From NCBI GenBank assembly GCA_964016885.1, contig OZ024748.1:36580001-36644000 (forward strand): a DNA stretch of 64,000 bases, in the 5' to 3' direction. The notes beneath the pieces are model-generated. The model did no database searches and was not told where the DNA came from. It worked only from the letters and a program-made list of their open reading frames with translations. Within the stretch, counting starts at the first letter, position 1, and every line of letters starts with the position of its first letter. The position numbers and the translations under genes were made by a program. The stretch comes from Eledone cirrhosa. Taxonomy: Eukaryota. Shown piece by piece: positions 13,124-24,835 of this stretch.

Positions 13124-13130
<7 letters not shown>
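11833..13130. mobile_element. Non-coding tandem-plus-inverted element (636-nt unit) between (TA)n tracts
   Basis: GAATAAAGTGGTCCTTCATCAG starts at 11836 and again at 12472; 12646-13130 is an inverted copy; no credible ORF. Confidence 0.8.
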
Positions 13131-13205
<75 letters not shown>

Positions 13206-13840
13206 GTGAATATAAGTTTTACCAGGTATCTATATTTAACATTTTGTTAAATTGTAATATGATACTGTTATAGCGAGGATACTGGGTTGTATGAATGTAA
13301 CAAAGAATACATTGTTTGTTTGTATAATATTTAATTAACAATGGTAGATAGTATAGTTGACATGTCAAAGATGAGGATGATGTTAGAATGAAACAAAGTT
13401 AGTAGTTACCGTTTTGATTGCCAGGCAAACGCGGCTGGCAGAGGCCGCCTGGCTAAGGCCAGGCGCCTGTTGGCCAAATGAATGGCAGAGCCAAATCAGA
13501 GGCTCTTGACCTGGTGCCGAAAAGGCAATGAGAGTTAGAAATCTTAAAGTTGTTAGTTTTATAGGGTTCTGACCGGAAGTTACAGAAAGGGTTCTACTTC
13601 CCGTCTGGATGTTAATCCAAACAAGGGAGACAACCGCTACACTGTAATGAACTATGCATTCTTACATTCTATACAGATTGACTCCTCTTAAAGTTTCATA
13701 TGTTCTATTATACATTTATATCATTAGGTATATATGTATATATATATCATTAGGTATATATGTATGTATATATATATCATTACATATATATGTATGTATA
13801 TATATATCATTAGATATATATGTATATATATATATATCGA

Positions 13841-14022
13841 TTGGCAGTATCGGTAGAGGGTCGGACGCCATGCTTTGACGTATAGAGTTACGGCCCTTGC
13901 CATTCTGAGTTCAAATCCCGCCGAGGTTAACTTTGCCTTTCATCCTTACGGGGTCGATAAAATAAAGTACCAGTAATACACTGAGTAATTGGTGGCCTTG
14001 TGCCAAAAGTAGAAAAAATTAT
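13841..14022 (+). mobile_element. tRNA-derived SINE, family B (Deu/Nin-like domain)
   Basis: B box GAGTTCAAATCC followed by GAGGTTAACTTTGCCTTTCATCC..GGGGTCGATAAAATAAAGTACCAG; near-identical to 58940-59105. Confidence 0.85.
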
Positions 14023-14032
14023 ATATATATAT

Positions 14033-14224
14033 ATAGGAAAATGTATGACCCCGACGGCAGAGCTCAAGCCGTTTCGACGGCTATTTCTAGTCCAGAAATA
14101 GCCGTCGAAACGGCTTGAGCTCTGCCGTCGGCGTCATACATTTTCCTATTACCCACTCTACTACGCTAAGTATTGAATACTCTGGTGCGTTATCGTCCAT
14201 CTGGTTCCTTACCACAACTCCTTC

Positions 14225-14228
<4 letters not shown>
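14033..14228 (+). mobile_element. Fold-back non-coding element, family H1, copy 2 (half hammerhead)
   Basis: Inverted repeat 14033-14149; right arm reads stem II - GAA-ACGGC(ttgagctct)GCCGT-C; (TA)n on both sides. Confidence 0.85.
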
Positions 14229-14264
<36 letters not shown>

Positions 14265-14305
14265 AAATGAAAATCCGAAGGCAAGGTAAAATTCCAAACA
14301 TTTAA

Positions 14306-14379
14306 TCACGACACATGTTTCAATAAGAGATAGAACGATTGTGAAGCCATGATCGATTATCACTGATCTCATCAGGTGA
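14306..14379 (-). ncRNA. Hammerhead-like ribozyme with long irregular stem II, in element 14263-14738
   Basis: Minus strand: TCAC-CTGATGA-[about 47 nt]-GAA-ACATGTGT-C-GTGA; GUC cleavage site. Confidence 0.6.
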
Positions 14380-14738
14380 AAATCAATTGTCTTCAAATTT
14401 TTGATATGAGGGAGAAAAAATAACGATGTTCTCTCACAGAATTCATTCCCTCATATGGAGACACACCACTCAGTCAGAGACATGGCGACTGCTATTAGCT
14501 TTTGTTGAGGTCATAAAAGTTTCAGATTTCTGTCGCTGCAAAAGACGCTGGACATCAATCAAATCTGTAGGGATACAGTCAGTCACAGTTAAAAGTGAGT
14601 GGGTACACACACACTCCACACCCATATACATTATTTGGGGACGATTCGGATGTGTATATACCTTAACACACACTTGAAGATATGGATGTTACAATTCCAT
14701 CTATACACAACCAATAATGCACCTGACTATATAACAAC

Positions 14739-14828
<90 letters not shown>

Positions 14829-14946
14829 ATTCACTATTTTGTAATGATTAAATGCTCGGATTTATTCTTTGAATTTTTCTTTGGGGCTTATTTTAGGAGA
14901 TAAGACGCATGTTTGACATCAAACATGACATCTATAACTTTGAATG

Positions 14947-15073
<127 letters not shown>

Positions 15074-15261
15074 ATATATAAACCACAAACCCTCGATCCC
15101 AGTTCTACTTTTGAAAAGCATAAGAACTGCGAAACCGGTAAGGGAAGCAAATAAATATTCTTAAAAAGACTCCAGTTGCATTTTAGATTTAATCTTTGTT
15201 CCTTATACTTTCACTCGTGTAGGACATCTCGTTTTTTTTTTCATTTTAGAAAAAAACCCTC

Positions 15262-15465
<204 letters not shown>

Positions 15466-15723
15466 TTGCGAGGTTTTTTATATGAAATCGTGTGTCGAAA
15501 CAGATATTGTTATATTTGGGGAGGGTCATATTTGCGTAATATTGCCAGAATTAATAACAGAACACACTCACTGTTTGGTTGGTTTTCGCTTCTCGCTGTC
15601 TTTTATATATATATATCTGCGATCTAACTTACTCGGTCCTCAATGTTGCCATTGACTGACCGGCGGTCAAAAATAATACAGATACAATATAGACAAACAC
15701 ATATATATAGTTTACATAATTTA

Positions 15724-15764
15724 CATAAATCTTTCGTTGCACATCTGCAACATCGTCAGTGGTG
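15724..15764 (-). ncRNA. Hammerhead ribozyme core in the 3' pLTR of the intact PLE
   Basis: Minus strand: CTGACGA-T-GTTGCA(gatg)TGCAAC-GAA-AGATTT-A; same position as the 740-784 ribozyme in the related element; stem I weak. Confidence 0.7.
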
Positions 15765-16032
15765 TTATATTCATTGTTCCTCCTGTTGTGTTGTATGTCT
15801 ACGCCATTTTTTTTTGTTCAGTCTGTCTATATATTTATTTATTTATTTGCTTGTTTGTTTATCTTATTTTATTTTGTCTTCTTTGCGCATGCGTTTGCGT
15901 GTGTGTATAGTGTTATGTGTGATGTGTGACTAGTGTGTATAGTGTTGTGTCTGCTGGGTGACTAGTGTGTGTTTATGTGCTTGTGTATGTATTTATTTAT
16001 CTTATTTTATTTTATTTAATTTACTTATTTAT

Positions 16033-19000
16033 TTATACTTCTCTTAGGTCAGTGTTGTTTGTTTGGGTGTTGTTGTTGTTCCACTCATTCTTTCTGTTTA
16101 GCTTTGGTCTTCTAATTTCTATTTCACTGGCCTCTCTGATTTGCCTATCTGCTGGGTCATTCCTATGTTTAGATATTATTCTAATTTCTATGTTGTCTAT
16201 GTTACCGTCATGTTGTTGTCTAGCATGTTCGTATAGTACTGACCCGTTTTTTCGTCCTTTTAGTTCCCCCCAGTGTTGGTCTGTCCTTTCACCTATGCTA
16301 CGAGCTGTCTCACCTATGTATGTTGTTGTCGTGTTTCTGCAAGTACCCTCTGTACATCTTATGCTATAGACTACGTTTCTAGTTTTACAGTTTATCCGGG
16401 GGTTCACCTTACATATGATACATTTCCTATTGGTACAGTGGGTTTTCTTAAAAGGGTAGGTTTTGCTGATCAGGGATTTTATGGTGGTTCCTGGCTTTTC
16501 TACCACCTTTATTTTTAAGTGGGTCTTTCTCAGGGCCTTTCTACACTGGTTAGCTAATTTCCCTCCAGGGGTGGCGTCCACAAACATGACACTCTGATAT
16601 CTCTGGTTGTCGTACCATGATGTGGCCTTCCCTATCTTATGTCTAGCCCTATCTAAGCTATTCCATGATTTGCTCCTGTATAGTGGGCAAATTCCTTTCA
16701 TGTCCAGTTCTATGAGGGTCTTATACTTTTCCATGGCTCCTTCGTATACTCTGACTCTGTCTCTTTGGTTGTAGCCAGAGAACTGCATGCGGTTGATGAA
16801 GTGTTGGATGTGTCCTTCCATTTCTGTTGGGTCGCACATGCTGGACACATTCTTCATCACTCGTACCAAATCTGCGATCAGAATATTAAACTTAGCACTA
16901 CTGGACATTGCTGAGTTTTTGAGTATCAGGTATTTGGAGGCCATGGGTTTAGCATAGTGTGAGTGGAGAATTTGGGCTCTCTCGTCTATAGTGTTAATCC
17001 AGAGTTCTGTGTCTAATACAGGTAGTCTATTGTTAGGGTGTTTGGAAGGGAAGTCTATAGTTACAGTTATACTCTGGTGTATGGAATTAGCTATCTGCTG
17101 GATGCTTTCCATCGTGCTACGTTCTAAATCAAACTTGTTAGTGCTCTCTAGTGGGGGTGTTCTTATAACTATATTGATATCGTCTACATAACGAGAGTAC
17201 ATGATGAGGTCTATGGAGCTTTCATTAAGGAGATCTTTAAGTCTCCTTTCCCACCATACCATGAAAAGGTTGGCAACATCGCCAGCTATGCTGACGCCGA
17301 TGGCTGCTCCCTCATTTTGGGTGTAGATTTTCTCATTGAACTTAAATATGTGGCCCTTTAGGGTAGTTTTGATACTAGCCCCTATTGCATGTGCGACCAT
17401 TTTTCTTACCTGATCAGTGTTTTGGGGGGTCCGTATAGCTTTGGTCCACCCAATCCACCTTCCTATGGGAGTCTTTTTAGCCATTGAGGTTATGGTGGGG
17501 GGTCTACCTCTTATAGGTCTACTAGGGCAGAAACATCTAAGGTCATGGCTGTCTAGGTAGTCAGTGTCGTAGGTAAGTCTAAGTAGGAGGCCCAGTTCGT
17601 CTGTGTCGACGTCGCAGAACTCCACCTCACTCTCAATGATCATCTCCACACATCTTTTCACAGCAAAATCAATGTTAATGGATGGGTACAGTGACACCAC
17701 ATCCATGCTGCCTATTATGCAGTTGGATAGGCTCCTGTTTTTGTTGCACTCACTGATTCTGCTGAGGAGGTCCTCTGTACTTTCACATACATCTGGGGAC
17801 ATCTTGATTATGGGGCGTATAACCATTGAGAGGAAGTAGGAGATCCTGTAGTTGCTAGCTATATTAGCTCCGCATACGGGTCTTGTTGGTGGTCCTGTTG
17901 TCGGGTCGTCGACTGTCTTGTGGTCTTTGCGGAGCCCATACAAGGGTGGTATGCCATTGTTAGACGCCTGGAAGTTGTTGGCAGTGCGTCTGCTTGGCTT
18001 TAGGATGTCAGTCCACATCATCATGTGAGCGTTGAGGATTTTTTCTCTCCCATCGTGTGTTAGTTGTGCAACTTCGCTCGTGTTGGTGATGTGGGGTTGC
18101 ATTGCCTCGATGTAGTTCGGCATGCTATCTATTGACATCCTACCAGACTTATCTGTGGGTAGACACACTACCTCACCATCCCTTGTGCGCTGCTTGAGGC
18201 TAACCAAGCCTTCTACAGGTTTTATCCCAAGTTGTTGGGCCTCTGGTCTGCTCTGTCTCATAGTGTACCTGTCTACTACTTGTCTAATCTTATTTCTAGC
18301 TATGGTGAACTGTGCCTCCGTCTCGTCATCTATTTGCTGTGGTATGCAAACTCTTTTATTAAAGGGTAACCTCGTAGGATAGATATTACCCATCTTATAT
18401 GTTTTGTCAGCTGGGTTGAAAAATAGTTTCTCTAAGGGGTTGTCGTTATTTCTATCGTCATAGTTGTGTGTGTTGCTATTATTGTTATCATGGTGGTTGT
18501 TGTTGTTTCTATCATTAGCATTAATATTATTATTGTTATGATTGCTAGATGTATTGTTGTTTACTTCACCGTTATTGTTGTTGTTGTTACTGCTATTTCT
18601 ACCATTGTGGTTGTTACTATTATTATGTTTCTTGTTTTTGTTGATGTTGCTACATGTACTATTTCCATTATTACCACTGTGGTTATTGTTGTTGTTGTTG
18701 TTCGTATTGTTACCGTTATTACTACTGTGGTCACTGTTGCTGTGTCTGTGGTTAACGTTTCTATTATTATTATTATTGTGGTTGTTGTTGTTCTGTCTAT
18801 CGCTAGTATTATTACCATTATCACTATTTCTCACTTTCCTGCCATTGTTATGGTTATGGCTGTTATTTCTATACCCAGAGTTATTGTTTATATTACTACT
18901 ACCGTTATTATTGTTGTTGTTGTTTACCTTTGCATTCCAACGTATTTTTGTGAAACACTTTTCCAGCTCCGTTTTGCATTCCATAGGGTTAATCTTTTTG

Positions 19001-19665
19001 TAGATGGCAAATTTTGGTGGTAACTTTAGGATTTGTTGTTCTTGTTCACTGATTAAAGTGTTCCCATAGATATTTACTGTGTGGTCATTGGTAAATTCTT
19101 CCGGTAGTTTTACATCACTCATACGGATGTTGTCGATGTTATCTGGGTATTTTTGAGAATATTCGATTTTCCTTTCTTGTAGTTTTTTCTTATTCATCCA
19201 TTCTAATTTCTTCTTGAAATGCCTACAGCATTCGTTTTGAGCATATTTCGTCTCGCGTCGGATGACGCTCATGAAGTCATCTCTCTCGTTTGCTGTGATG
19301 AGATTTCGGATTTCCTTACCGTTGATGCGTTTTTGTCTGTAGGGTGCGTTGACTTTTGTGTATGTTGTTATTTTCATATTAACTGTTATTGTGTGTTTTA
19401 GCCGTTCAGCTTGTGTTTTGTTCAATAATAAATTATTTACTTGTTTTGATATGTTTGTTGTGTATGTTTTGGAGGAAACACAGTGTTTTAAGAAGCGGAT
19501 TTGTTCTGTTGTTATTGTAGTTTTTATATAACAGAAAACAGTGTCTTTCAATAACCTTTCAGCTTGGCACAAGCTAATGCCATAGCGGCGATGAATTAGT
19601 TTTGCGAGGTTTTTTATATGAAATCGTGTGTCGAAACAGATATTGTTATATTTGGGGAGGGTCAT
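16033..19665 (-). CDS. PLE polyprotein: reverse transcriptase plus C-terminal GIY-YIG endonuclease (about 1210 aa)
   Basis: Uninterrupted ORF from MTLPKYNN; LYGLRKDHK, RPV, GSMDVVSLYPSI, GAAIG, YSRYVDD, LPVLD; NVVYSIRC...YIGETAR...RQIREA...LN. Confidence 0.95.
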   Translation of the reverse strand: MTLPKYNNICFDTRFHIKNLAKLIHRRYGISLCQAERLLKDTVFCYIKTTITTEQIRFLKHCVSSKTYTTNISKQVNNLLLNKTQAERLKHTITVNMKITTYTKVNAPYRQKRINGKEIRNLITANERDDFMSVIRRETKYAQNECCRHFKKKLEWMNKKKLQERKIEYSQKYPDNIDNIRMSDVKLPEEFTNDHTVNIYGNTLISEQEQQILKLPPKFAIYKKINPMECKTELEKCFTKIRWNAKVNNNNNNNGSSNINNNSGYRNNSHNHNNGRKVRNSDNGNNTSDRQNNNNHNNNNNRNVNHRHSNSDHSSNNGNNTNNNNNNNHSGNNGNSTCSNINKNKKHNNSNNHNGRNSSNNNNNNGEVNNNTSSNHNNNNINANDRNNNNHHDNNNSNTHNYDDRNNDNPLEKLFFNPADKTYKMGNIYPTRLPFNKRVCIPQQIDDETEAQFTIARNKIRQVVDRYTMRQSRPEAQQLGIKPVEGLVSLKQRTRDGEVVCLPTDKSGRMSIDSMPNYIEAMQPHITNTSEVAQLTHDGREKILNAHMMMWTDILKPSRRTANNFQASNNGIPPLYGLRKDHKTVDDPTTGPPTRPVCGANIASNYRISYFLSMVIRPIIKMSPDVCESTEDLLSRISECNKNRSLSNCIIGSMDVVSLYPSINIDFAVKRCVEMIIESEVEFCDVDTDELGLLLRLTYDTDYLDSHDLRCFCPSRPIRGRPPTITSMAKKTPIGRWIGWTKAIRTPQNTDQVRKMVAHAIGASIKTTLKGHIFKFNEKIYTQNEGAAIGVSIAGDVANLFMVWWERRLKDLLNESSIDLIMYSRYVDDINIVIRTPPLESTNKFDLERSTMESIQQIANSIHQSITVTIDFPSKHPNNRLPVLDTELWINTIDERAQILHSHYAKPMASKYLILKNSAMSSSAKFNILIADLVRVMKNVSSMCDPTEMEGHIQHFINRMQFSGYNQRDRVRVYEGAMEKYKTLIELDMKGICPLYRSKSWNSLDRARHKIGKATSWYDNQRYQSVMFVDATPGGKLANQCRKALRKTHLKIKVVEKPGTTIKSLISKTYPFKKTHCTNRKCIICKVNPRINCKTRNVVYSIRCTEGTCRNTTTTYIGETARSIGERTDQHWGELKGRKNGSVLYEHARQQHDGNIDNIEIRIISKHRNDPADRQIREASEIEIRRPKLNRKNEWNNNNTQTNNTDLREV

Positions 19666-19930
19666 ATTTGCAACGAAAGATTTATGTAAATTATGTAAAC
19701 TATATATATGTGTTTGTCTATATTGTATCTGTATTATTTTTGACCGCCGGTCAGTCAATGGCAACATTGAGGACCGAGTAAGTTAGATCGCAGATATATA
19801 TATATAAAAGACAGCGAGAAGCGAAAACCAACCAAACAGTGAGTGTGTTCTGTTATTAATTCTGGCAATATTACGCAAATATGACCCTCCCCAAATATAA
19901 CAATATATATATATATAATAATATATATAC

Positions 19931-20268
19931 TTAAGGTAAATATTGATGCAATTCAAACCAAGCCCTTAACGTACTTTTACCATATGGGAGTGACGGAGTA
20001 TATTTAGAATAAGAAAATGCGAAGTAGTTACAGATGTTCAAGTCCTTTAATGATAATGCTGTGATACATATTCAACGTACCTTTTTCTACATGACAATTC
20101 AATTTGGATTGCCTCGGGAACATCATTTTTTTATGTAAGAAGCTGTCTGACGATGTCACGGCACTGGGTACACCGAAGCATGTCGCCACTGACGTCATTG
20201 AAATATGTATCACAGCATTATCATTAAAGGACTTTAACATCTGAAACTACTTCGCATTTTCTTATTCT
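19931..20268 (+). mobile_element. Non-coding hammerhead element with inverted partial 5' copy
   Basis: 19996-20075 is the reverse complement of about 20198-20268; lies between (TA)n and (CT)n(TA)n. Confidence 0.75.
20142..20216 (+). ncRNA. Type I hammerhead ribozyme with long stem II
   Basis: GCTGT-CTGACGA-[46 nt, TGTCA...TGACG]-GAA-ATATGTAT-C-ACAGC; stem I GCTGT/ACAGC, AUC cleavage site. Confidence 0.75.
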
Positions 20269-20276
20269 CTCTCTCA

Positions 20277-20356
<80 letters not shown>

Positions 20357-20559
20357 AGGTAAATATCTCTCTGAGTACTAAGTACCCATAGAGATATATA
20401 GGGTGTCTATAATATAATTGTTGTTCTATGGTACTAATTCGAGATACCAGAACTATAAACGGTTCACGTGTGGGTCACTTTAACGGTCATAACTCATACG
20501 AGCTGGTAGTTGGCATTATATTTGCAGACCGTGGGACTTAGTCCTATAGGATGGAAATA

Positions 20560-20639
20560 GCTATCTGATGAAATTTACTTTTCCGTTAGAAATTCTCTGA
20601 ATTTCTAATCTTTTGTAAATGGAAACCGCCGGTAATAGC
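20560..20639 (+). ncRNA. Type I hammerhead ribozyme, copy 1 of the tandem pair
   Basis: GCTAT-CTGATGA-A-ATTTAC..TTAGAAATTC(tct)GAATTTCTAA..GTAAAT-G-GAA-ACC(gcc)GGT-A-ATAGC; predicted cleavage after 20634 (GUA). Confidence 0.85.
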
Positions 20640-21038
20640 ATTGCGAACAGGTAGATATTTAAATCAGTTTTTAATTTATTTAAAGAATTGTTTAATGTTT
20701 GTTTGTTCTGCTCATCTCAATTTTTATAGTTCTGGTATCTCGAATTAGTACCATAGAACAACAATTATATTATAGACACCCTATATATCTCTATGGGTAC
20801 TTAGTACTCAGAGAGATATTTACTTCATTTTTATATATTCTCCAATCTATGTAGAGAAAAATTCGTTGTTGCTTACTGCTATTTTTTTAGCAGCAAAGCC
20901 ACCAATACGTCTGTAATATTCCTGCTTTCACTAGCGGCCGGTTCACGTGTGGGTCACTTTAACGGCCATAACTCATACGAGCTGGTAGTTGGCATTATAT
21001 TTGCAGACCGTGAGACTTAGTCCTATAGGATGGAAATA

Positions 21039-21118
21039 GCTATCTGATGAAATTTACTTTTCCGTTAGAAATTCTCTGAATTTCTAATCTTTTGTAAATG
21101 GAAACCGCCGGTAATAGC
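21039..21118 (+). ncRNA. Type I hammerhead ribozyme, copy 2 of the tandem pair
   Basis: Identical to 20560-20639 at an offset of 479 nt; predicted cleavage after 21113. Confidence 0.85.
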
Positions 21119-21247
21119 ATTGCGAACAGGTAGATATTTAAATCATTTAAAAATTTATTTAAAGAATTGTTTAATGTTTGTTTGTTCTGCTCATCTCAAT
21201 GAGTGTGCGTGTGTGTATGTATGTGTGTGTGTGTATATATATATATG

Positions 21248-21340
<93 letters not shown>

Positions 21341-22331
21341 GTGTATGTGTGTATATATATATATATAATAAAAAGGACGAGGTGTTTGATCGTCATTAAA
21401 TTTATTGAGGTGTGACGTGCGTTTCGCGATTAATCAACTCAAGGCTAGAACTGTATCGACCGGGCCCGTCTCTAGAATAAAAAGCTCATCGGCTACATAC
21501 AGGAGGTGTTATAATGTTGGACCACATGTTAGAATGATGGGCTAGCCACATGTAGGAGGTGGTACAATAAATGATGAGCTACATGTCGGTAGGAATATTT
21601 AGAACCATAGCTACATGTAGTGTTATTATCTTGTGTGTAATATTCTAGGACAGCATTTATCGACAAGAAATCAATTCAGATTGGCAATGAATTTAAAAAT
21701 AAAAGTCGAACTTCAAAGAGATTTCAATAAGAGGGTTAAGGTTTATTCAGTTGTAAAACGTGTAAAGTATAAAGTTTCTGAAAATATATTTATATTGGTC
21801 ACATTTTGTTTCTAGTTTATTCTTTAAATTCAATAAGTTTGCAGATGTTAAAATGAAAACATTCTCACTGGTTTAATATTTTAAAATATGTTCTTTCATC
21901 TTTTAGCTGCCAAAAGTACCAGTTCAATACTGGGTCGATTCTTTCTCTATATCTCTTTCTCACTGCTTCTCTCTCTCTCCTCTCTCTCTCTCTCTCCTCT
22001 CTCGTCCTTTCTCTCTTTCTCTACATGCCTGACCCGAAATACAGACACACACCCAAGTCAAGACACGCTCAGATAGCAATAACCGACCGCACCAAACCCT
22101 ATAATCCCTCATTAATCTCATCTATATCCTAACCTGATTAACGAACTGATAAATCTGAAAGAAGGAATAAAGTAAAGTCACTGGCTCGGCCATTAAATAA
22201 CTTATTAAATACTAACAGAAACTAACAGTGAACATTATGATAGAAACCGTCACCTCAACACACTATAGAGAACTAACAAGTAAACCATAACATATACTTC
22301 CTAAAATATAAGGACATTTTATCAAAGATAT

Positions 22332-24248
22332 TTACTGCATTTTTCTAGGTGAAAAACCACCATGTAAATATGCGTCTTTACATTTAGGAAGCGAATAATT
22401 TGGTGGATGTATGTCTGCAAATGATTCATTTACTAACATAGCCATTCCTTCAAAATTATGAAATGCCATATGACAATGTATAAGCCATAAACCTGGATTA
22501 TTGGCTTTAAAGCGGACAATAACATATCCACCGGCAGGTAATATTACGGTGTCCTTTAATGGGGGGTTTACTAAATTTAGACCGGGTATATTATCTCCTT
22601 TCCATGCGTTATTCCGCCATCCAGGTCTATTACAATCACTACCGTCCATATCACCATAACACATGATATCCTTATTACTGGATATTACTTCTCCTGTTGT
22701 CTTGTTATAGGTGGGAAAACCTATCTTGATGACATGGAAGGCATGTCCGTGTAAATGTATAGGATGTGATATCCCTTGACGACCGTGAGTGTTTGTAAAA
22801 ACCAGTTGAACATTATTGTTCTTCGATAGTTGTATTGAATATGTACATTCACAACTTTTGCCTGAACCACATTTATTTTCTTGACAAAGTGTTTTAACTT
22901 CATTTGGTTGGAGCAAAGCGTTCACTCGAGGATAGACAAAACCTCGTCCGTTCACAGATGCAGCACCGCCAGGAAATCCAAAATTTAGAAAATGTTCTTG
23001 CCACTGATGTTCAATATATTTCGGTACATTCTGGACTTTTGGTGAATAAGTAGCAGAAATCGAATGACATATTTTTTTAGATTTCACAGGAAAGTATTTG
23101 AATGGACAGTTAAGGACAACACAGACGCTATGACTGCAGTTTTTACACTTGCTAGTTGGATCTATATCTGGTGCTCCTTTGTATCTCAATATCGCTTCAA
23201 ATGTTTGGTTTTGATTTGCTGCTAACGTTTTACCCCTAATCCAATAATTATCTATTACTTTATTAGTTGTTATCAAGAAGTCATATCTTTCTCCGGGTTG
23301 TATGATGAGAGAGTCGTAAAAAGCTCCTTTTAAATCCGCTCCATCTGAAGCTACAATTTGCAGTTGATGAGAATCAATTGATAATTCAAATGGTAATTCA
23401 CCAGCAGCAGAAATAAGTCGAAATCGATTCTTCCGACCTTGTTGGACGATAAATTTTGCTAAAGGTGCTCCGTTGTGGTGTCCTTCTTTGTCATAATATC
23501 GTCCTTTACCATTAACCAGACCAGATTGATAGCGAAAACTTCCTAAATATGTACCATCATATGTTCTTAAATAAGGTAGCATTTTTCCAGTTAAATAATT
23601 GTAAAAGTTAGATTTCATCCAAGCTATGTTTGCGTTCCAAAGATGGTTGTAGTCACTGATTATCAAAATCTTTTCCTCAATTATGGGAGGTTTTTCCCGC
23701 ACAATAAATGCTCCATAAAGTCCCATCATTCTCTGTAGTCCAATGTGTGAATGATAGAAATACGTGCCTGTTTTAGTGACATTGAAAATGTAAATGTATG
23801 ATTCACTGGGTTGAATAGGGCACTGGGTAATAAAACTGACCCCATCCATATATGGAGATCCCACTTGATCTATACCATGCCAGTGTACAGTAATAGCCGT
23901 TGACCATAAACCGTTTCTGACCTTAACTATCACAGTTTGGTTGATAAAAACCTCAATAGTGGGGCCAGGAATTGTGTCATTTACAGTTATTGTTAACCAT
24001 TGTTCTTCATATCCATCCATTGTTAATACTTCATCAGCATTGATTGGCGCGCTGAGATTGTTGAAACAATACAACTTACCATCAATAGATTCTACTGGAT
24101 GGTCATGGTAGACCATTGGTAACTTGTAGTCAACAATTAGAGTAAATTCACATACCGTGTCTTTATAACTGCAGGAGTTAGCTGGTATTAGTGAAATATT
24201 CTGGCTAAAGATCATTGTAACGATCACTAATGACAGCCATGACGACAT
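22332..24248 (-). CDS. Secreted multicopper oxidase (laccase-like), 638 aa, single coding exon
   Basis: Signal-like N-terminus [15 protein letters not shown]; all four Cu-binding motifs ([30 protein letters not shown]); splice acceptor ttattcccatttcag 15 nt before the ATG. Confidence 0.93.
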   Translation of the reverse strand: MSSWLSLVIVTMIFSQNISLIPANSCSYKDTVCEFTLIVDYKLPMVYHDHPVESIDGKLYCFNNLSAPINADEVLTMDGYEEQWLTITVNDTIPGPTIEVFINQTVIVKVRNGLWSTAITVHWHGIDQVGSPYMDGVSFITQCPIQPSESYIYIFNVTKTGTYFYHSHIGLQRMMGLYGAFIVREKPPIIEEKILIISDYNHLWNANIAWMKSNFYNYLTGKMLPYLRTYDGTYLGSFRYQSGLVNGKGRYYDKEGHHNGAPLAKFIVQQGRKNRFRLISAAGELPFELSIDSHQLQIVASDGADLKGAFYDSLIIQPGERYDFLITTNKVIDNYWIRGKTLAANQNQTFEAILRYKGAPDIDPTSKCKNCSHSVCVVLNCPFKYFPVKSKKICHSISATYSPKVQNVPKYIEHQWQEHFLNFGFPGGAASVNGRGFVYPRVNALLQPNEVKTLCQENKCGSGKSCECTYSIQLSKNNNVQLVFTNTHGRQGISHPIHLHGHAFHVIKIGFPTYNKTTGEVISSNKDIMCYGDMDGSDCNRPGWRNNAWKGDNIPGLNLVNPPLKDTVILPAGGYVIVRFKANNPGLWLIHCHMAFHNFEGMAMLVNESFADIHPPNYSLPKCKDAYLHGGFSPRKMQ

Positions 24249-24798
24249 CTCGACTGATTGCAGCTGAAATGGGAATAAAAGGAAATCATTATCACCACCA
24301 TCATCATCATCATCATCACCATCATCATCATCATAATTAGCATCACCATCGTCGTCATTATCATCATTATCATCATCGACGTCGTCATCATCATCATCAT
24401 CGCCGTCGTCATGATGATGATGATGATGAGGATGATGATGATGATGAGGATGATGATCATCACCATCATTATTGTCGTCGCCACCAGGGTTACAGGTAGA
24501 AACAGTGGCGAGTGAGTGCGCACGCGTGTGTGTGTTTGTGAGTGTGTGTCTGTGTGTGTGTGTGTGTGTGTCTGTGTGTCTGCGTGGGAGTGTGTGAGGA
24601 AGCGCCACAGCATCCAATCGGTGGTGGACCACAGTACAGAAACACACACACATACACACAAATAAACATCCCATATACACACACACCTACACACACACAT
24701 ACATCCTACATGCAAACAAACATCTCACACAAACACACACACAAGCACATACACACACATACAAACATCACACACACACATCATACACACACAATACA

Positions 24799-24835
<37 letters not shown>

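Larger units (their letters stand above)
20351..21200 (+). mobile_element. Retrozyme-like element: about 1.55 tandem copies of a 479-nt unit preceded by an inverted 109-nt segment
   Basis: 20460-20721 repeats at 20939-21200; 20351-20459 is the reverse complement of 20723-20831; each repeat holds a hammerhead; flanked by microsatellites. Confidence 0.85.

Noticed and set aside
19666-19767. First 34 aa of the 1244-aa ORF
   Set aside because: They derive from the inverted pLTR; the pLTR copies show that the ORF begins at MTLPKYNN (19665).
22332-24248. Bacterial or fungal horizontal transfer of the laccase
   Set aside because: Lack of introns alone is not evidence; it has a spliceosomal acceptor and host-like composition, and no phylogeny could be run.
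24249-24686. 146-aa N-terminal extension of the oxidase (poly-H, poly-D)
   Set aside because: It is microsatellite sequence upstream of a clear splice acceptor; the signal-peptide ATG is at 24248.
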